Shown: positions 10,615 through 23,639, counted from the first letter of the stretch. The stretch is 64,000 nt of DNA from Narcine bancroftii (GCF_036971445.1 NC_091472.1:168454001-168518000), one strand, 5' to 3'. Notes: generated from the sequence alone by a model not told the origin. Numbers and translations: made by a program.

Positions 10615-11059
10615 AAGAAATATTTGCAAACAAAAATGAAAAAAAAATACACACCAGAACTTCAACTGTTTTTGTTGAACTAAAGTAGAAGTCTGTAACT
10701 ATTTGATAAAACTTCTGCGAAGTTTAAGTTAAAGATGCACATTTATAACTTTGTCAAGAAAATCTCAAAATTCATGGATGATTTTATAATTTGGAAATGA
10801 CCACTGGAAAGAGTGACAAGTTTTCTCTGGTTTTTGCTTTTGTAAGCAATGTACAAAAGCTGCTAAAGGCAAGAAAACACTGAGTCTCCATCATTAACAT
10901 GGGTTCCAGTAGCAAATATGTTTCCTCTGTCTCAGGCATTGGTTCTTAACATCAGTTTTCACTTAAATTCATCACACAAGTATTGTGTTGAAGGTAGGTT
11001 CACCAGTGGCAGATTTATAATGACATAGAAGGAGAATGCTATCAATAATAACTTCAAAT

Positions 11060-11312
11060 GGTGGATATCTGAAATAAAATGTACAATAAAATGCTGGAAA
11101 CACTCAGCAGGTCAGTTGACATCTGTGGGAAGAGAAAGTTAGTTAACATTTTGGGTCAAAGACTATCCAGCTCACATAGTGTTATTTTTATTGTCACATA
11201 AGCTCCATTTCCTAATTCAACCCGTTGTTAGAAGAGTTTTTGAAAATGAAACATCAACTCTTTCTACAGATGCTGTCTGACCTGTAAAGTGTTTCTGAAC
11301 TTTCTACTTTGA
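11060..11312. repeat. Penelope-derived repeat, inverted pair
   Basis: AAATGCTGGAAACACTCAGCAGGTCAG...CATCTGT is paired with ACAGATGCTGTCTGACCTGTAAAGTGTTTC in the opposite orientation. Family assignment is from recall, not a search. Confidence 0.5.
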
Positions 11313-11701
11313 ATGCAGAAGAATATTTGGCTCATCAGCTCCATGCTAATACTCAGGGAGAAATCCTATTCATCCCCATCCTCCTCTCCTTATTGCCCCT
11401 TTCCTTTATGTTATTTGTTCTCATGCCAATTCATTTCCCCTTTTTTTTAAAAAATTTTTTATTTTTCACACCATAAATCACGTTAGCCATGATATACACT
11501 TTTTCTTTTTCACACATATACAGTGACTTTTTCTCCCACCCCCCTCCCTCCTCCCATGCCACCCCCCCACCCCCGCCTCTCATCCATTTTAGGTATACAA
11601 TCTAGGTTGCATTAAGCCAGTCAGACAATGTTGTCATTCAACAAATATACACCAGAAATTCTACGGAGTCCATTCTTTTCTTTTCTTCTCCTTCCATCAA
11701 C

Positions 11702-14700
11702 TTAGGTAATGTTTGTTCCCGTTAGGTTTTCGCTATTGTATTTAATGTAAGGCTCCCATACTTGTTCAAATATTTCAATATTATTTCTTAAACTATATGT
11801 TATTTTTTCTAATGGAATACATTTATTCATTTCTATATACCATTGTTGTATTTTCAAATTATCTTCCAATTTCCAGGTTGACATAATACATTTTTTTGCT
11901 ACGGCTAGGGCTATCTTAACAAATCTTTTTTGTGCATCTTCCAAGTCAATTCCAAATTCTTTATTTTTTATGTTACTTAGGAGAAAGATCTCTGGATTCT
12001 TTGGTATATTGTTTTCTGTTATTTTATTTAATATCTGATTGAGATCATCCCAAAATTTTTCTACTCTCTCACATGTCCAGATTGCATGAATTGTTGTTCC
12101 CCTTTCTTTTTTACATCGAAAACATCTATCAGATACTGTTGGGTCCCATTTATTTAACTTTTGCGGTGTAATGTATAGTCTGTGTAACCAATTATATTGT
12201 ATCATACGCAGCCTCGTATTTATTGTATTTCTCATCGTTCCAGAACATAATTTCTCCCATGTTTCCTTTTTTATCTTTATATTTAAATCTTGTTCCCATT
12301 TTTGTTTAGTTTTACCATTTGTTTCCTCATTCTCCTTTTCTTGCAGTTTAATATACATATTTGTTATAAATCTTTTGATTAACATTGTATCTGTAATCAC
12401 ATATTCAAGGTTACTTCCCTCTGGTAAACTCAAATTGCTTCCTAATTTATCTTTCAAGTAGGATTTCAGTTGGTAATATGCCAGCGCTGTATCTCCAGTT
12501 ATATTGTACTTATCTCTCATTTGTTCAAAGGATAAGAATCTACTTCCTGAAAAACAATTTTCTATTCTTTTAATCCCTTTTTTTCCCCATTTTCTAAAGG
12601 AAAGGTTGTCTATTGTAAAAGGGAGTAGCTTATTTTGCGTCAATATTAGTTTTGGTAATTGATAATTTGTTTTATTTCTTTCTACATGAATCTTCTTCCA
12701 TATATTGAGGAGATGGTGTAATACTGGAGAAGTTCTATGTTGTAACAATTTTTCGTCCCATTTATATAATATGTGTTCAGGTATCTTTTCCCCTATTTTA
12801 TCTAATTCTAATCTCGTCCAGTCTGGTTTTTCCCTTGTTTGATAAAAATCTGATAGGTACCTTAATTGTGCGGCTCTATAATAATTTTTGAAGTTTGGCA
12901 ATTGTAAGCCTCCTTGTTTAAACCATTCTGTTAATTTATCTAGTGCTATCCTCGGTTTCCCCCCTCTCCATAAAAATTTCCTTATTATTTTCTTTAACTC
13001 TTTGAAGAATTTTTCTGTCAGTTGTATTGGCAATGCCTGAAATAAGTATAGTATCCTTGGAAAAATGTTCATTTTAATACAGTTTATCCTTTCTATCAGT
13101 GTTAGTGGTAGCTCTTTCCAATGCTCTAAATCGTCCTGTAATTTTTTCATTACTGGATTGTAATTGAGTTTATATAATTGGCCTAGATTTTTGTTTATTT
13201 GTACACCTAGTTATCTTATTGCCTGCATTTGCCATCTGAATGGGGATTCCTTCTTAAATTTTGAGAAATCCGCGTTATTCATAGGCATTGCTTCACTTTT
13301 ATTTACGTTTATCTTGTATCCCGACACTTCTCCATATTCCTTCAATTTCTTATATAGTTCTTTTATTGATAGTTCTGGTTCTGTTAAGTACACTATCACA
13401 TCATCCGCAAATAGACTGATTTTATATTCCCTGTCTTTTATTTTTATTCCTTTTATATTATTATCTATTCTTATCGATTCTGCTAGTGGTTCTATAGCTA
13501 GCGCAAATAATAATGGTGATAGTGGGCATCCCTGCCGCGTTGACCTGCTTAAGTTAAATTGCTTTGATACATGTCCATTTACTGTCACTTTCGCTAACGG
13601 TCCCTTATATAATGCTTTAATCCAATTAATATACTTCTCCGGTAAACTGAATTTTTGCAATACTTTGAACAAATAATTCCATTCTACTCTGTCGAAGGCC
13701 TTCTCTGCGTCTAAAGCAACTGCTACTGCAGGTGCTTTATTTCCTTCTACTGCATGAATTAAGTTAATAAATTTACAAATATTGTCTGTTGGGCGTCTTT
13801 TTTTGATAAATCCAGTTTGGTCTAAATTTACCATTTTCGGTACCTGTTCTGCTAATCTGTTTGCTAATAGTTTAGCTATTATCTTATAATCTGTGTTTAG
13901 CAAAGATATTGGTCTATATGACGCTGGTGAGAGTGGATCTTTCCCTTGTTTTAGTATCACTGTAATTATTGCTGTTTTACATGAATCTGGTAAGTTTTGT
14001 GTCTCATCAATCTGGTTGATTACATCCAGGAGGGGCAGTATTAATAGGTCTTTAAATGTTTTGTAGAATTCTATTGGGAGTCCATCCTCTCCTGGTGTCT
14101 TATTATTTGGTAATTTTTTTATTATCTCTTGTATTTCTACTGTTCCAAATGGTTCTGTTAATTTATTTTGTTCCTCTATTTGTAGTTTTGGTAGTTCAAT
14201 TTTAGTCAAAAATTCATCTATTTTCCCTTCTTTCCCTTTGTTTTCAGTTCGGTATAATTGTTCATAGAATTCTCTGAAGTTTTCCTTAATTTCTTTTGGA
14301 TTATATGTAATTTGTTTGTCTTTTTTCCTTGTTGCCAATACCATTTTCTTAGTTTGCTCTGTCTTAAGCTGCCATGCTAAGATTTTGTGTGTTTTTTCAC
14401 CTAGTTCATAATATTTCTGTTTTGTCTTCATTATATTCTTCTCCACCTTATATGTTTGTAATGTTTCATATTTTATTTTTTTATCCGCCAATTCTCTTCT
14501 TTTGGTTGTATCTTCCTTTATTGCTAATTTTTTTTCTATGTTTACTATTTCCCTTTCCAACTACTCTGTTTCCTGATTATAGTCCTTCTTCATCTTGGTT
14601 GCATAACTTATTATTTGCCCTCTAATGAATGCTTTCATTGCGTCCCATAGTATAAACTTATCTTCCACTGATTCCGTATTTACTTCAAAATACATTTTTA

Positions 14701-15499
14701 ATTGTTTTTCAATAAATTCTCTAAAATCCTGTCTTTTAAGTAGCATGGGGTTTAATCTCCATCTATACATTCTTGGAGGGATGTCCTCTAGCTTTACTGT
14801 CAGTATTAACGGTGAATGGTCCGATAGCATTCTCGCTTTATATTCTGTTTTTCTTACTCTATCCTGCATACTAGCTGATAACAAAAATAGGTCTATTCTT
14901 GAGTATGTTTTATGTCTGGTCAAGTAGTATGAGTATTCCTTTTCTTTTGGGTTTTGTTTCCTCCATATGTCCACAAGTTTCATTTCTTGCATTGATTTAA
15001 TTATAAATTTGGTTACTTTGTTCTTCCTGTTAATTTTTTTCCCCGTTTTATCCATATTTGGATCCAAATTCAGATTGAAATCCCCTCCTATTAGTATGTT
15101 CCCTTGCGTATTAGCTGCCTTCAAAAAGATATCTTGCATAAACTTTTGATCTTCTTCGTTAGGTGAATATATATTAAGTAGATTCCAAAGCTCCGAATAT
15201 ATCTGACATTTTATCATAACATATCTCCCTGCTGGATCTATTATTTCCTCTTCTATTTTAAATGGCACATTTTTGCTAATTAATATAGCCACTCCTCTTG
15301 CTTTTGAATTATACGATGCTGCTGTTACATGTCCTACCCAATCTCTCTTTAATTTCTTGTGCTCCAATTCAGTTAAGTGTGTTTCTTGGACAAATGCTAT
15401 ATCTATTTTTTCCTTTTTCAGTAAATTTAGTAGTTTCTTCCTTTTAATTTGGTTATGTATTCCATTAATATTTAAAGTCATATAGTTCAGCGTAGCCAT
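11702..15499 (-). pseudogene. L1 ORF2 (EN, RT, CCHC), 1265 codons with two in-frame nonsense codons
   Basis: Three consecutive same-frame ORFs; TAG at 14561-14563 (CAG in the other copy) and TAA at 13211-13213 (in the YLG motif). Motifs SDH, QGCPLSP, LFADD, CFRC-X8-H-X4-C. Confidence 0.95.
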
Positions 15500-15959
15500 T
15501 TTATATTTTGTTTATCTTCTCTTTCCGTTTTTCCATCATTACCTTTCCTCCTTTTCCATTTCTGTTTTCTTATTTTCAACTCTTTACAAGACAACATTCC
15601 TACAACATCCAACATTTTCCTTATTCTCCTATTTCTATCTTCTTTATCCCCAATCTCCCCTTCCCCTCCTGAGTTGTCCTTTATCCCTTGTCGGACAACC
15701 ACATCTCCCCTCTCCATTTGGATTTGCGAATCCACTCGCAAGCGTCAACTGATTTTGCAGTGACCGCTCTTTTCCCCCACCCAGTTCCCCCAGAAAAGAT
15801 TTCACTTTTCATATGTCACAAAGGTCACTCTTTTAATTCCCTCCTTATTCTCTCTATTCCATTACCTTCCCTTATTAATTCTTGTCTATACTATCTATAT
15901 TTTCCTCTAATTACAGATACTTTCACGTATGCACATTGTCTCTATTCACTCTTATACCT

Positions 15960-16107
15960 CTTTACCCGCATACATATCAATCGTGGTCATTTTTACCCTC
16001 ATTACCCGTCTTCATCCCTCAGTCTATTTTTGTCTTTACCCACATACATATCAATCGTGATCATTTTTACTCTCATTACCCGTCTTCATCCCTCAGTCTA
16101 TTTTTGT
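15960..16107. repeat. 74-bp tandem duplication in the L1 inter-ORF spacer
   Basis: Units begin at 15960 and 16034 (CTTTACCC.CATACATATCAATCGTG...CAGTCTATTTTTGT) with about 3 mismatches. Confidence 0.9.
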
Positions 16108-17300
16108 AATTGTTCTGCAAATTTTCGTGCTTCTTCTGGATCCGAGAATAGTCTGTTTTGTTGTCCTGGAATAAATATTTTCAATACCGCAGGATGCTTC
16201 AGTATAAATTGATACCCTTTCTTCCATAAAATCGCCTTTGCTGTATTGAACTCTTTTCTCTTCTTTAGGAGTTCAAAACTTATATCTGGATAAATGAAGA
16301 TTTTTTGCCCTTTATACTCCAGTGGTTTGTTGCCCTCTCTTACTTTTTCCATTGTCTTCTCCAGTACCTTTTCTCTTGTAGTATATCTTAGGAATTTTAC
16401 TACAATAGATCTTAGTTTTTGTTGTGGTTGTGGTTTAGAGGCCAATGCTCTATGTGCCCTTTCTATTTCCATTTCTTGCTGTAGTTCTGGACATCCTAGG
16501 GTCTTAGGGATCCACTCTTTTATAAACTCCCTCATATTCTTGCCTTCTTCATCTTCCTTAAGGCCCACTATCTTTATGTTATTTCTTCTGTTATAATTTT
16601 CCATTATATCTATTTTTTGAGCTAGTAGTTCTTGTGTCTCTTTAGTTTTTTTATTAGATTCCTCCAATTTCTTTTTTAAGTCTTCTACCTCCATTTCTGC
16701 TGCTACTTCCCGTTCTTCCATCTTGTCCATTTTTTTCCCCATTTCTGTTAAGGTCATATCTATTTTATTCACTTTCTCTTCTGTGTTGTTTATTCTTCTT
16801 CTTAAATCATTGAATTCCTGTGTTTGCCATTCTTTAAATGACTCCATGTATCCTTTAACAAGAGAAAGTATATCCTTTACCTTGCCTTTCCCTTCATCTA
16901 TTTCACTGTATTCTTCCTCTTCTTCTTCCTCTGGGTTGGCCATCTGTTGTTTCTTTGTTGCCCTTTCCTTCTCTTCTTTCTTGTTTCTATTGTCTTCTGT
17001 GGTCTCTTCTTGCTGCAGGTTTTCTGCAGCTGTCGTTGCCGGCTGTGGAGATCGACTCCCCAGCTGGTCCCCCCTCCCGTCGGTGTGTTTCTTTTCATGC
17101 GCATCGCGCATGCGCGGTTGCGCACTTTTACTCGGCTTTGCGAGCCATTGTTGTAGTTCTTTTTCTACCGACCTGAGGTAGCGGGCTCCTCTCTCCACAG
17201 CGGGCCTCTTCGGACAGGTAAGGCCTTCACCTTTTTCCTCCGTTGTCTTCTCTTCCTCTCTTCTTACCGGTGATTTTGATTTTTCTTCTTTTGTCTCCAT
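16098..17300 (-). CDS. L1 ORF1p, intact 400 aa
   Basis: Uninterrupted ATG-to-TAG ORF with an acidic tract, coiled coil, RRM (NRRNNIKIVGL...IERAHR) and CTD (IFIYPDIS). Confidence 0.9.
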   Translation of the reverse strand: METKEEKSKSPVRREEEKTTEEKGEGLTCPKRPAVERGARYLRSVEKELQQWLAKPSKSAQPRMRDAHEKKHTDGRGDQLGSRSPQPATTAAENLQQEETTEDNRNKKEEKERATKKQQMANPEEEEEEEYSEIDEGKGKVKDILSLVKGYMESFKEWQTQEFNDLRRRINNTEEKVNKIDMTLTEMGKKMDKMEEREVAAEMEVEDLKKKLEESNKKTKETQELLAQKIDIMENYNRRNNIKIVGLKEDEEGKNMREFIKEWIPKTLGCPELQQEMEIERAHRALASKPQPQQKLRSIVVKFLRYTTREKVLEKTMEKVREGNKPLEYKGQKIFIYPDISFELLKKRKEFNTAKAILWKKGYQFILKHPAVLKIFIPGQQNRLFSDPEEARKFAEQLQK

Positions 17301-17957
17301 CTTCTTTCCACCTTTATACTCACTTTTCTTTAACTTTTATTTCTGTGCCTTTGTATTTTCTCTTGTTTTTCCCGACTTTTCTGGAGAGGGCTGGAGTTCT
17401 CCGTCCGGCCACTACTCCATCACGTGACTCCTCCCCAATTCATTTCCCCTTGATTCAATTGAAGAGTTTATCAAAATTGCAATTTGGTCATTTGTGTCAG
17501 TTAAGCTGGACTTCAATGCACAGTATGCTCTCCTATTGTTACGCCTTCAAATATAAATAAAAACCTCACCTAGAGAAGCATTTTATGGAAAGCTTCAGCA
17601 TTGCCAATGGATCATTCTTCTACTGCAGACAATCATATTCCAAATTCAATTGGGCCTTTTCAGTGAATCCAGAGTTGGTTATATTTAAAATCTGAATGTC
17701 CTTCGGATACGACAAAAAAATGCAGCTAACGAAAGTTCTAGATGTCTCTTGTTCAGTTTAAATTTTATCCACATTAATAGTAAAACCTTGTAATACATTT
17801 ATTGGGCAACATTAAGAAGGTGATGTCGTCAAGTTTCAAACACAATAAATGAACTTACATACAGACCATTTTGGTCACCAAATTCAATTTACAACTGGAT
17901 GGCAGGGAAGCAATATTGTGAATAAGAAATACCAAGAGAATTTTCTTTTGTAGTTAT

Positions 17958-18370
17958 TAAACAGAAAAATCTGCAGATGCTATATTTGTAGTGCAATATA
18001 CAAAAGTGCTGTTAAAAAACTCAGCAGGTCACACAGCATCTCTAGAAAATAAATGGTAGTCAACCTTTTGGGCTTGAGCTCTTTGTCAAGCTATGAGCCT
18101 GAATAAAAAAGGTGAGGTGGGAGGAAAGGAGGGAGGAAGGGGCAAAGGGAGAAGTACAGGCAGACAGGAAAGAATTCAGAGGTGAATATCGATGGGAGGG
18201 TAGAAGAGAAAAAAGCTGAGAAGTGATAGGGGAAGGGTTAGTTCACTGAATGGAGAAGGAAGGGGAGGGAATGGGGAGCTGGAGAAAACATGACGGAGGG
18301 TCAGGGAAAGCAAGAGATTCGGGGGGGGGGAAGGGGGTAATTAATGGAAGCTGGAGAAGTCTTTCTTGTT
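17958..18370 (-). repeat. Penelope-derived terminal repeat fragment
   Basis: TCTGCAGATGCT...AACTCAGCAGGTCACACAGCATC followed by a purine-rich tract; related short copies near 18930-19025, 36160-36210, 38510-38600, 46290-46540 and 54860-54935. Confidence 0.5.
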
Positions 18371-19112
18371 AAAACTTCTTGACCTGAATTCATGCAGCAT
18401 TTGTTAAAAGACCGATGGCACAAAAAGGAACTTGTAGGTATTATCTGGTAACCATTTCCCAAAGCTAGGAAATCATATTCTAGGGAATTTGACAGTTTGC
18501 AAAGATGGGCAGAAAGGAAAAAGAAATGTGGTACCAAAGACAGATGTGATATTTATTTTCTTAATGTTTGTTATATTAAAAAAAATTATGTCGACAGAAA
18601 CCAGCATGCAGAATATGTATAGACAGCTTTCTTCCACTTAGGTTTAATGATCCATGAATTGCTCTTTGCCATTTTGATAAACTGTTAGAAAGCTTTGAAA
18701 ACAAAATATACACAATTTGTGGAACCACATGATATTTTGATCTCATATATCTATTTTCCTTAATTTCATTAACATAAACAAAATTTTAGTGAGGAGATGG
18801 ATTTTATTTTTACCTCTTCTGATAGACATGTGGATTATCACACTGATGAGCCTGTTTTCTGTCGCTCTCCTGAGCTGAGGCTACTTCTGCAGAGCTACTA
18901 GTTAGTGAGGTAAGAGACCAGAATCTCGAGCTAGACGTCAGGTTCAGAGCTCAAAGTTCAATGCTTCTTTTTATTCCCACTCATGCTGCTCATCCTCTGA
19001 GTTCCTCCTGCAGTTTTCTTTTTACATGTTGAGGAGTTCTTAAATTTTGGTGCAGTAATATTGAAGTTACAATAATATATTTTCAAATTAGGACTGTGTG
19101 CAATTTGGAGAG

Positions 19113-19437
19113 TGTGACAGATTATGTTGTGTTTGTATTGTATATAGATATGTTTTTGGGAGATGAACTGGGGCAGGTTTTTTAGTGTAGGTCACATACA
19201 AACACTTTAAAACAGATTTTATTTAAAATACTGGAGCTCTTCTCATGCCAAACATATCAGCCCCAGAGCCTTTGCAAAAGCTTTGGAGAGTGCCCAAGTT
19301 ACTACACTAATGGATTGTTGTTTACAAAATGGCAACAGATGAAACTTGTCGGAGCCGCAGACTGTCTGGAATGGAACTTGCTGTTCTAGGAGGGGCATGT
19401 GGTTTTGCAAGCAGAGAGAATCAAACAGGCTTTCTTT

Positions 19438-19499
<62 letters not shown>

Positions 19500-20184
19500 A
19501 GTTCCACAGTTTTACAGTCAGCAGCAGCAGCTGGGACTGGAACAGGACAAGCAGAAAAGCTTGTGGAAAACCCCATTTGGAAGACAGGTTGTGAGTGCTT
19601 AGTTCAGCCAGGTCAAAGCCCTTGTGGCTCATGCAAGAGGAGAGGACTGGCTGTCAAATGTTTCACTTGAAATAAGGGAAAAAGGAACTCTGTGGTGACC
19701 TGAAAGAAAGAGGTTATCACCTGGAAAACCCTCAAGGGGAATGTTTTTTCAGCAAGACACTGAAGTGGCTGATTTAAAAAGGAATCATTTGTGGGTGTCA
19801 GCGTACAACAAATCTCTCTCGGAAAACCAACAGAAACCTTCCTGAGTGGTGACCATTTACCTTTTAAGCACCAAAGCCTGGTGAACTTTATACATGTTAA
19901 ATTCTGTGCATAGTATAAGAATTGCCTGCAACCAATAAACTAGGAAGAGTGAGAAGTGAGATTGGACTGTAAATCAAAGAACTTTTCTGAATTTACACAC
20001 ACATTACATACACGTGCGCTTAGAATTAGAAGGGGGTTAAGTTAGGTTAGTTAAGTTAATAATAAGTTAAATTTTGATCCTGTTTTCATGTTTAAAGATA
20101 ATTAAATTTTTTTTGTTTAAGTAACCATTTGTTTTGGTGAATATCTATTGCTGCTGGGTTTATGGGTCCTCTGGGTTTGTAACA
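19113..20184 (+). mobile_element. Solo LTR (~1.07 kb)
   Basis: TGTGAC...GTAACA termini; flanks AGAG/AGTG (4-bp TSD with one mismatch); homologous to 59212-60124 in the opposite orientation. Strand is relative only. Confidence 0.75.
19440..19497. repeat. (GA)n microsatellite inside the solo LTR
   Basis: Perfect GA run of about 58 bp. Confidence 0.98.
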
Positions 20185-20234
20185 AGTGAAACTTGAAAGA
20201 GGTAATGGTTCTATGCATTTAATAAAGAAATATT

Positions 20235-20815
20235 GAAAATAGGAGCAGAAGGCTACCATTGAGCCTTTTGGACAATCCATTTTGCTAAATGGTCATCCTG
20301 AAGACCCATTTCAGTATACGGTTTCTGTTTTTCCTCCATATCCCTTGATCCCTTCAGCAATAAGAAAGATATCTACCTTGCTATGGAATAGGCCCATAAC
20401 CCCAACACATCCTTACCAACAAAGTTGGCATTCTGGGCTATTCCCACAGTTAAATTTTCTCCAAATCTTTCTAAGCCTTTCCTATTCATCTAACTATTCA
20501 AATGGCTTTCAAGCACTGTAATTATGCCAACTTCTATAGCTTTCTCTGGCAGGTTGTTCCAGAAACCGAATTAAATAGTTGGCCCTCAGGTTCCTCTTAA
20601 ATATCTCCTTTCTAATCTTATGCCCTCTACCCTGGGGAAAAGACCGTGAGAATTCACTTGCTCCAGGCCCCCCTCCCTCTCCACCCCCCCATGATTTTAT
20701 AAACGTCTTTAAGATGGCCTCTCAGCTTTCTATGCTTCATGTTATAAAGACCAGCGTATCCAAGCTCTCTCTCGCTCAAGCTATCCAGTTCTAATAACAT
20801 CTTGGTGAATCTCCT
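20235..20815 (-). mobile_element. Old CR1-like LINE 3' fragments
   Basis: Degenerate match to the CR1 3' ends at 63660-64000 and 28285-28560. Confidence 0.5.
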
Positions 20816-22553
20816 GCTTATATCTGTTCTATCAGCAGGTCAGGCTCAGTAAACTTGGCAGCACAGCTCATTTCAAGTGTGCCACACTCTGCAGTTGGGA
20901 TGGACCATTTGCTGTCACTACTGTAATTTACCTGGAAATGGTCCCCAGCTGACTGAACCGTTGTGGCACTGGGATTTACCTTCATGTTTGACAGGTAGAT
21001 GGGACAAGGTAGCAACTAAACTTTAATATCTTTAATTTATTGCTGAAGAATATATAGATTTAAAAAAAAAGCTTTTAAACCTCTTAAAATTTAATTACAT
21101 TAGCATTCCTCCAATTTTTCAAATCAGCCCTTTTTTATAGTTAATAAAATAGTATCAGAAGGGAACTAACACATTTTCATTTCTTTGTCATTGCCAGGCC
21201 AATTCAGAGGTCTGAAGGGACCATTAAAAAGGTTTAATCAAGACACGAGTTGACCATCTTATGTTCCATCATGTCAAGGACCATCTGAATAGAAAAATGG
21301 TGTATTTTGAAAAATATCTAGATTTGCAGAAATAACAGAAATTATGCTTTTTTTTTAATGTAATAGACTCTGTGGCTACATTAACTCAGAAGCTACAATG
21401 TAGATTCATGTCCAGTAATCCACTATCATTTACTTTCACATCGTACATTTGCCATCACGGAATATAAAAATGTTACCTTATACAGATTGATTCAAAAGCT
21501 GTGAAATAATTGAAGATGAGGGCTGCTTGATCAACGCAGCACATCTGCTCAAGTTAAATGAATGGACCAGTTGACAATCAGAAAGACTAACAGCCAGAAC
21601 GTTGTACTTGATTTAAAATAAATATTGCATTGTCCTTTCAAATGTGAAACATTGAATTTGGCACCAGAGGAACAGTTGACACCACGCGCTTCTCTCTCCA
21701 ATTTAAATAGGAGGCTAAAGCAAGTAGAAATTCTCCTTTGGAAAACCTCAAAGGGTTCAAAACACTCTCTTTGAGGTTGAGGGGTTCAAATCAAAAGAGG
21801 AGATTATTTCTCATCTTGCTGGACTTTGTACTCCATGTTACTATTTGTATCTTTATTTGACCTATCAACTGCATTAACTTCTCAACAAATACAAAATAAA
21901 AATTCTGATCAAGTTAACATATTTAATCAAATTATAAAATATATGTGTGCATAATCTAAATTTCATTTTCATTTAGGACATAGATTGTGCATTGATTCAC
22001 AATTTTCCCAACAAATGTTGTTGCCAGAGAATCAGAGACTAATTTGAATGGACACATTGTTCAAAGAATATTTTCTTCCTTTTTGCATTGTAAAAGTACT
22101 TGCTCCAAAAAGGCAGCCGTGGAAGGCTGTAAATGTTTCTATTTTTTTCTTTCCCAAAAACCAACACACAGAGTATTGTTATTCTCACATGCCCAATGCA
22201 TGGGTTTATCCCGGATCATTTAAACATCAAATTATATTTAGGACTTTTTAAAATGAAATGAATACCAAAAAACTATTCAAGGTCTTTACTGATATTTTAA
22301 AATTTGTAAACACAAAACACGAAAAATCCTAAACACTTGATGCATATTTTCCAGTGAAACAAAAACCTTCTTTAGATCTCCAAACCTGCTATTGTTCTAA
22401 GATTACTTGCCCTCTGAACAGTTTTAAACTCGTATCCCTGTTGGATTGGATCAATCAAAGCAAATTATCTTCATTGATAATTACCTGATGCCTTCTGGGG
22501 TTAATGGTCACCTAAACTTTAGAACTAATGAAATAACCTTTTAAGTAGCAGCA

Positions 22554-23247
22554 TGTGTATTAGGAAGGGTTGTGCCTCTCACATGACAGCATTGCCCCCT
22601 ACTTAGTTAGAGGACACATCAACTACCAATCAAGGTTTGGTCCCATCCCACCCATTAGTGCACAACTTGCCATTGGAACCATGTAAATTACCTGAACTGG
22701 ACTCTCCAGCCTGGCTGTACCTGGCTTTGGGCCCTTGGCTGTTGTAATTGATTAACCCTCCTAGCATTGAATCATTTTTACCTTGCTAACGACCTGGGCT
22801 GAACCCTTCAGCATTTTAAAGGTACCATGTGTTCTTTTTTCTCCCTCTTTGCAAGCTTAGAACCACCCTGCTACACTCCAGGCCTAGAAATGTAGAAGGG
22901 CATTGAAGAAACTGTTGATAAGATGTGCACTGTTAAAAAGGTTTGGAGTAATTAGTGTCCATTGTAGCGTGGGGTCATGTCTGCAGTGAGTCAAGGGGTG
23001 GTGGGGCATTATAGTGATTTTTCCTTGATTATTGTATGTATCAGTTTAGTGTGTGTGTATATTTTGTTCCTATGCTATTTTTCCCCACATTTGTTATTGA
23101 ATGCATTACAGTGCCGCTGTTACTTTCCCACAGCTGCTGTAAACTGTGCATGTGTGCGCTACATCGGTTACCAGTTCCTGTGGAAATCCTTTTCATCCAA
23201 AACAGATGTCCAGAGACCTACCAACCCTGTTTCCTCACTCACAACAA
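22554..23247. repeat. Possible old solo LTR (unclassified)
   Basis: TGT...ACA-bounded block with higher GC than its flanks; no clear TSD. Confidence 0.3.
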
Positions 23248-23639
23248 CTATACACACCTTATGAGTTATCAAAATGATTTTGAAAAATGAGGGATTTTTC
23301 AGCATATAAGAAACTTTACAAATAGACTTTGCATCATTTAAAAAAAATCTGCATTTTAAAAATCATTGTCTTATCTGAGATACAAGAAATAATAAAAAAT
23401 ATCAGGAGGTTGTTCCTTAATTTCCTGCCTTGGGAAATGTATCAGTCTGAATGGTGGATGCTATAATTATCCCATGATTTTGCACTTTTACTCTCAATGA
23501 GGATGATCTATAAATAGTTTAAATCTTTTAGGCAGGTGCTTCAAACAAGTAAATAGATAATTAAACAAACGTGCAGGAACACCACACATTCTCCTCATGA
23601 CAGCAATTTAAAATACCTAAACATCACTTTTTCATTATT

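Larger units (their letters stand above)
11443..17434 (-). mobile_element. Full-length L1-clade LINE (~6.0 kb)
   Basis: 17-bp TSD CCAATTCATTTCCCCTT at 11426-11442 and 17435-17451; 134-nt 5'UTR; ORF1; ~600-nt spacer; ORF2; G-rich 3'UTR; AATAAA and A-tail. Confidence 0.97.

Noticed and set aside
18828-18905. MWIITLMSLFSVALLS followed by TGA: signal peptide plus selenocysteine, or a C/D-box or hammerhead motif (CTGATGAG)
   Set aside because: A TAG follows within 9 codons, I see no SECIS or selenoprotein similarity, there is no GAAA partner, and the box spacing is too short.
19329-19670. ORFs with poly-ER tracts
   Set aside because: Translation of the GA microsatellite within a solo LTR.
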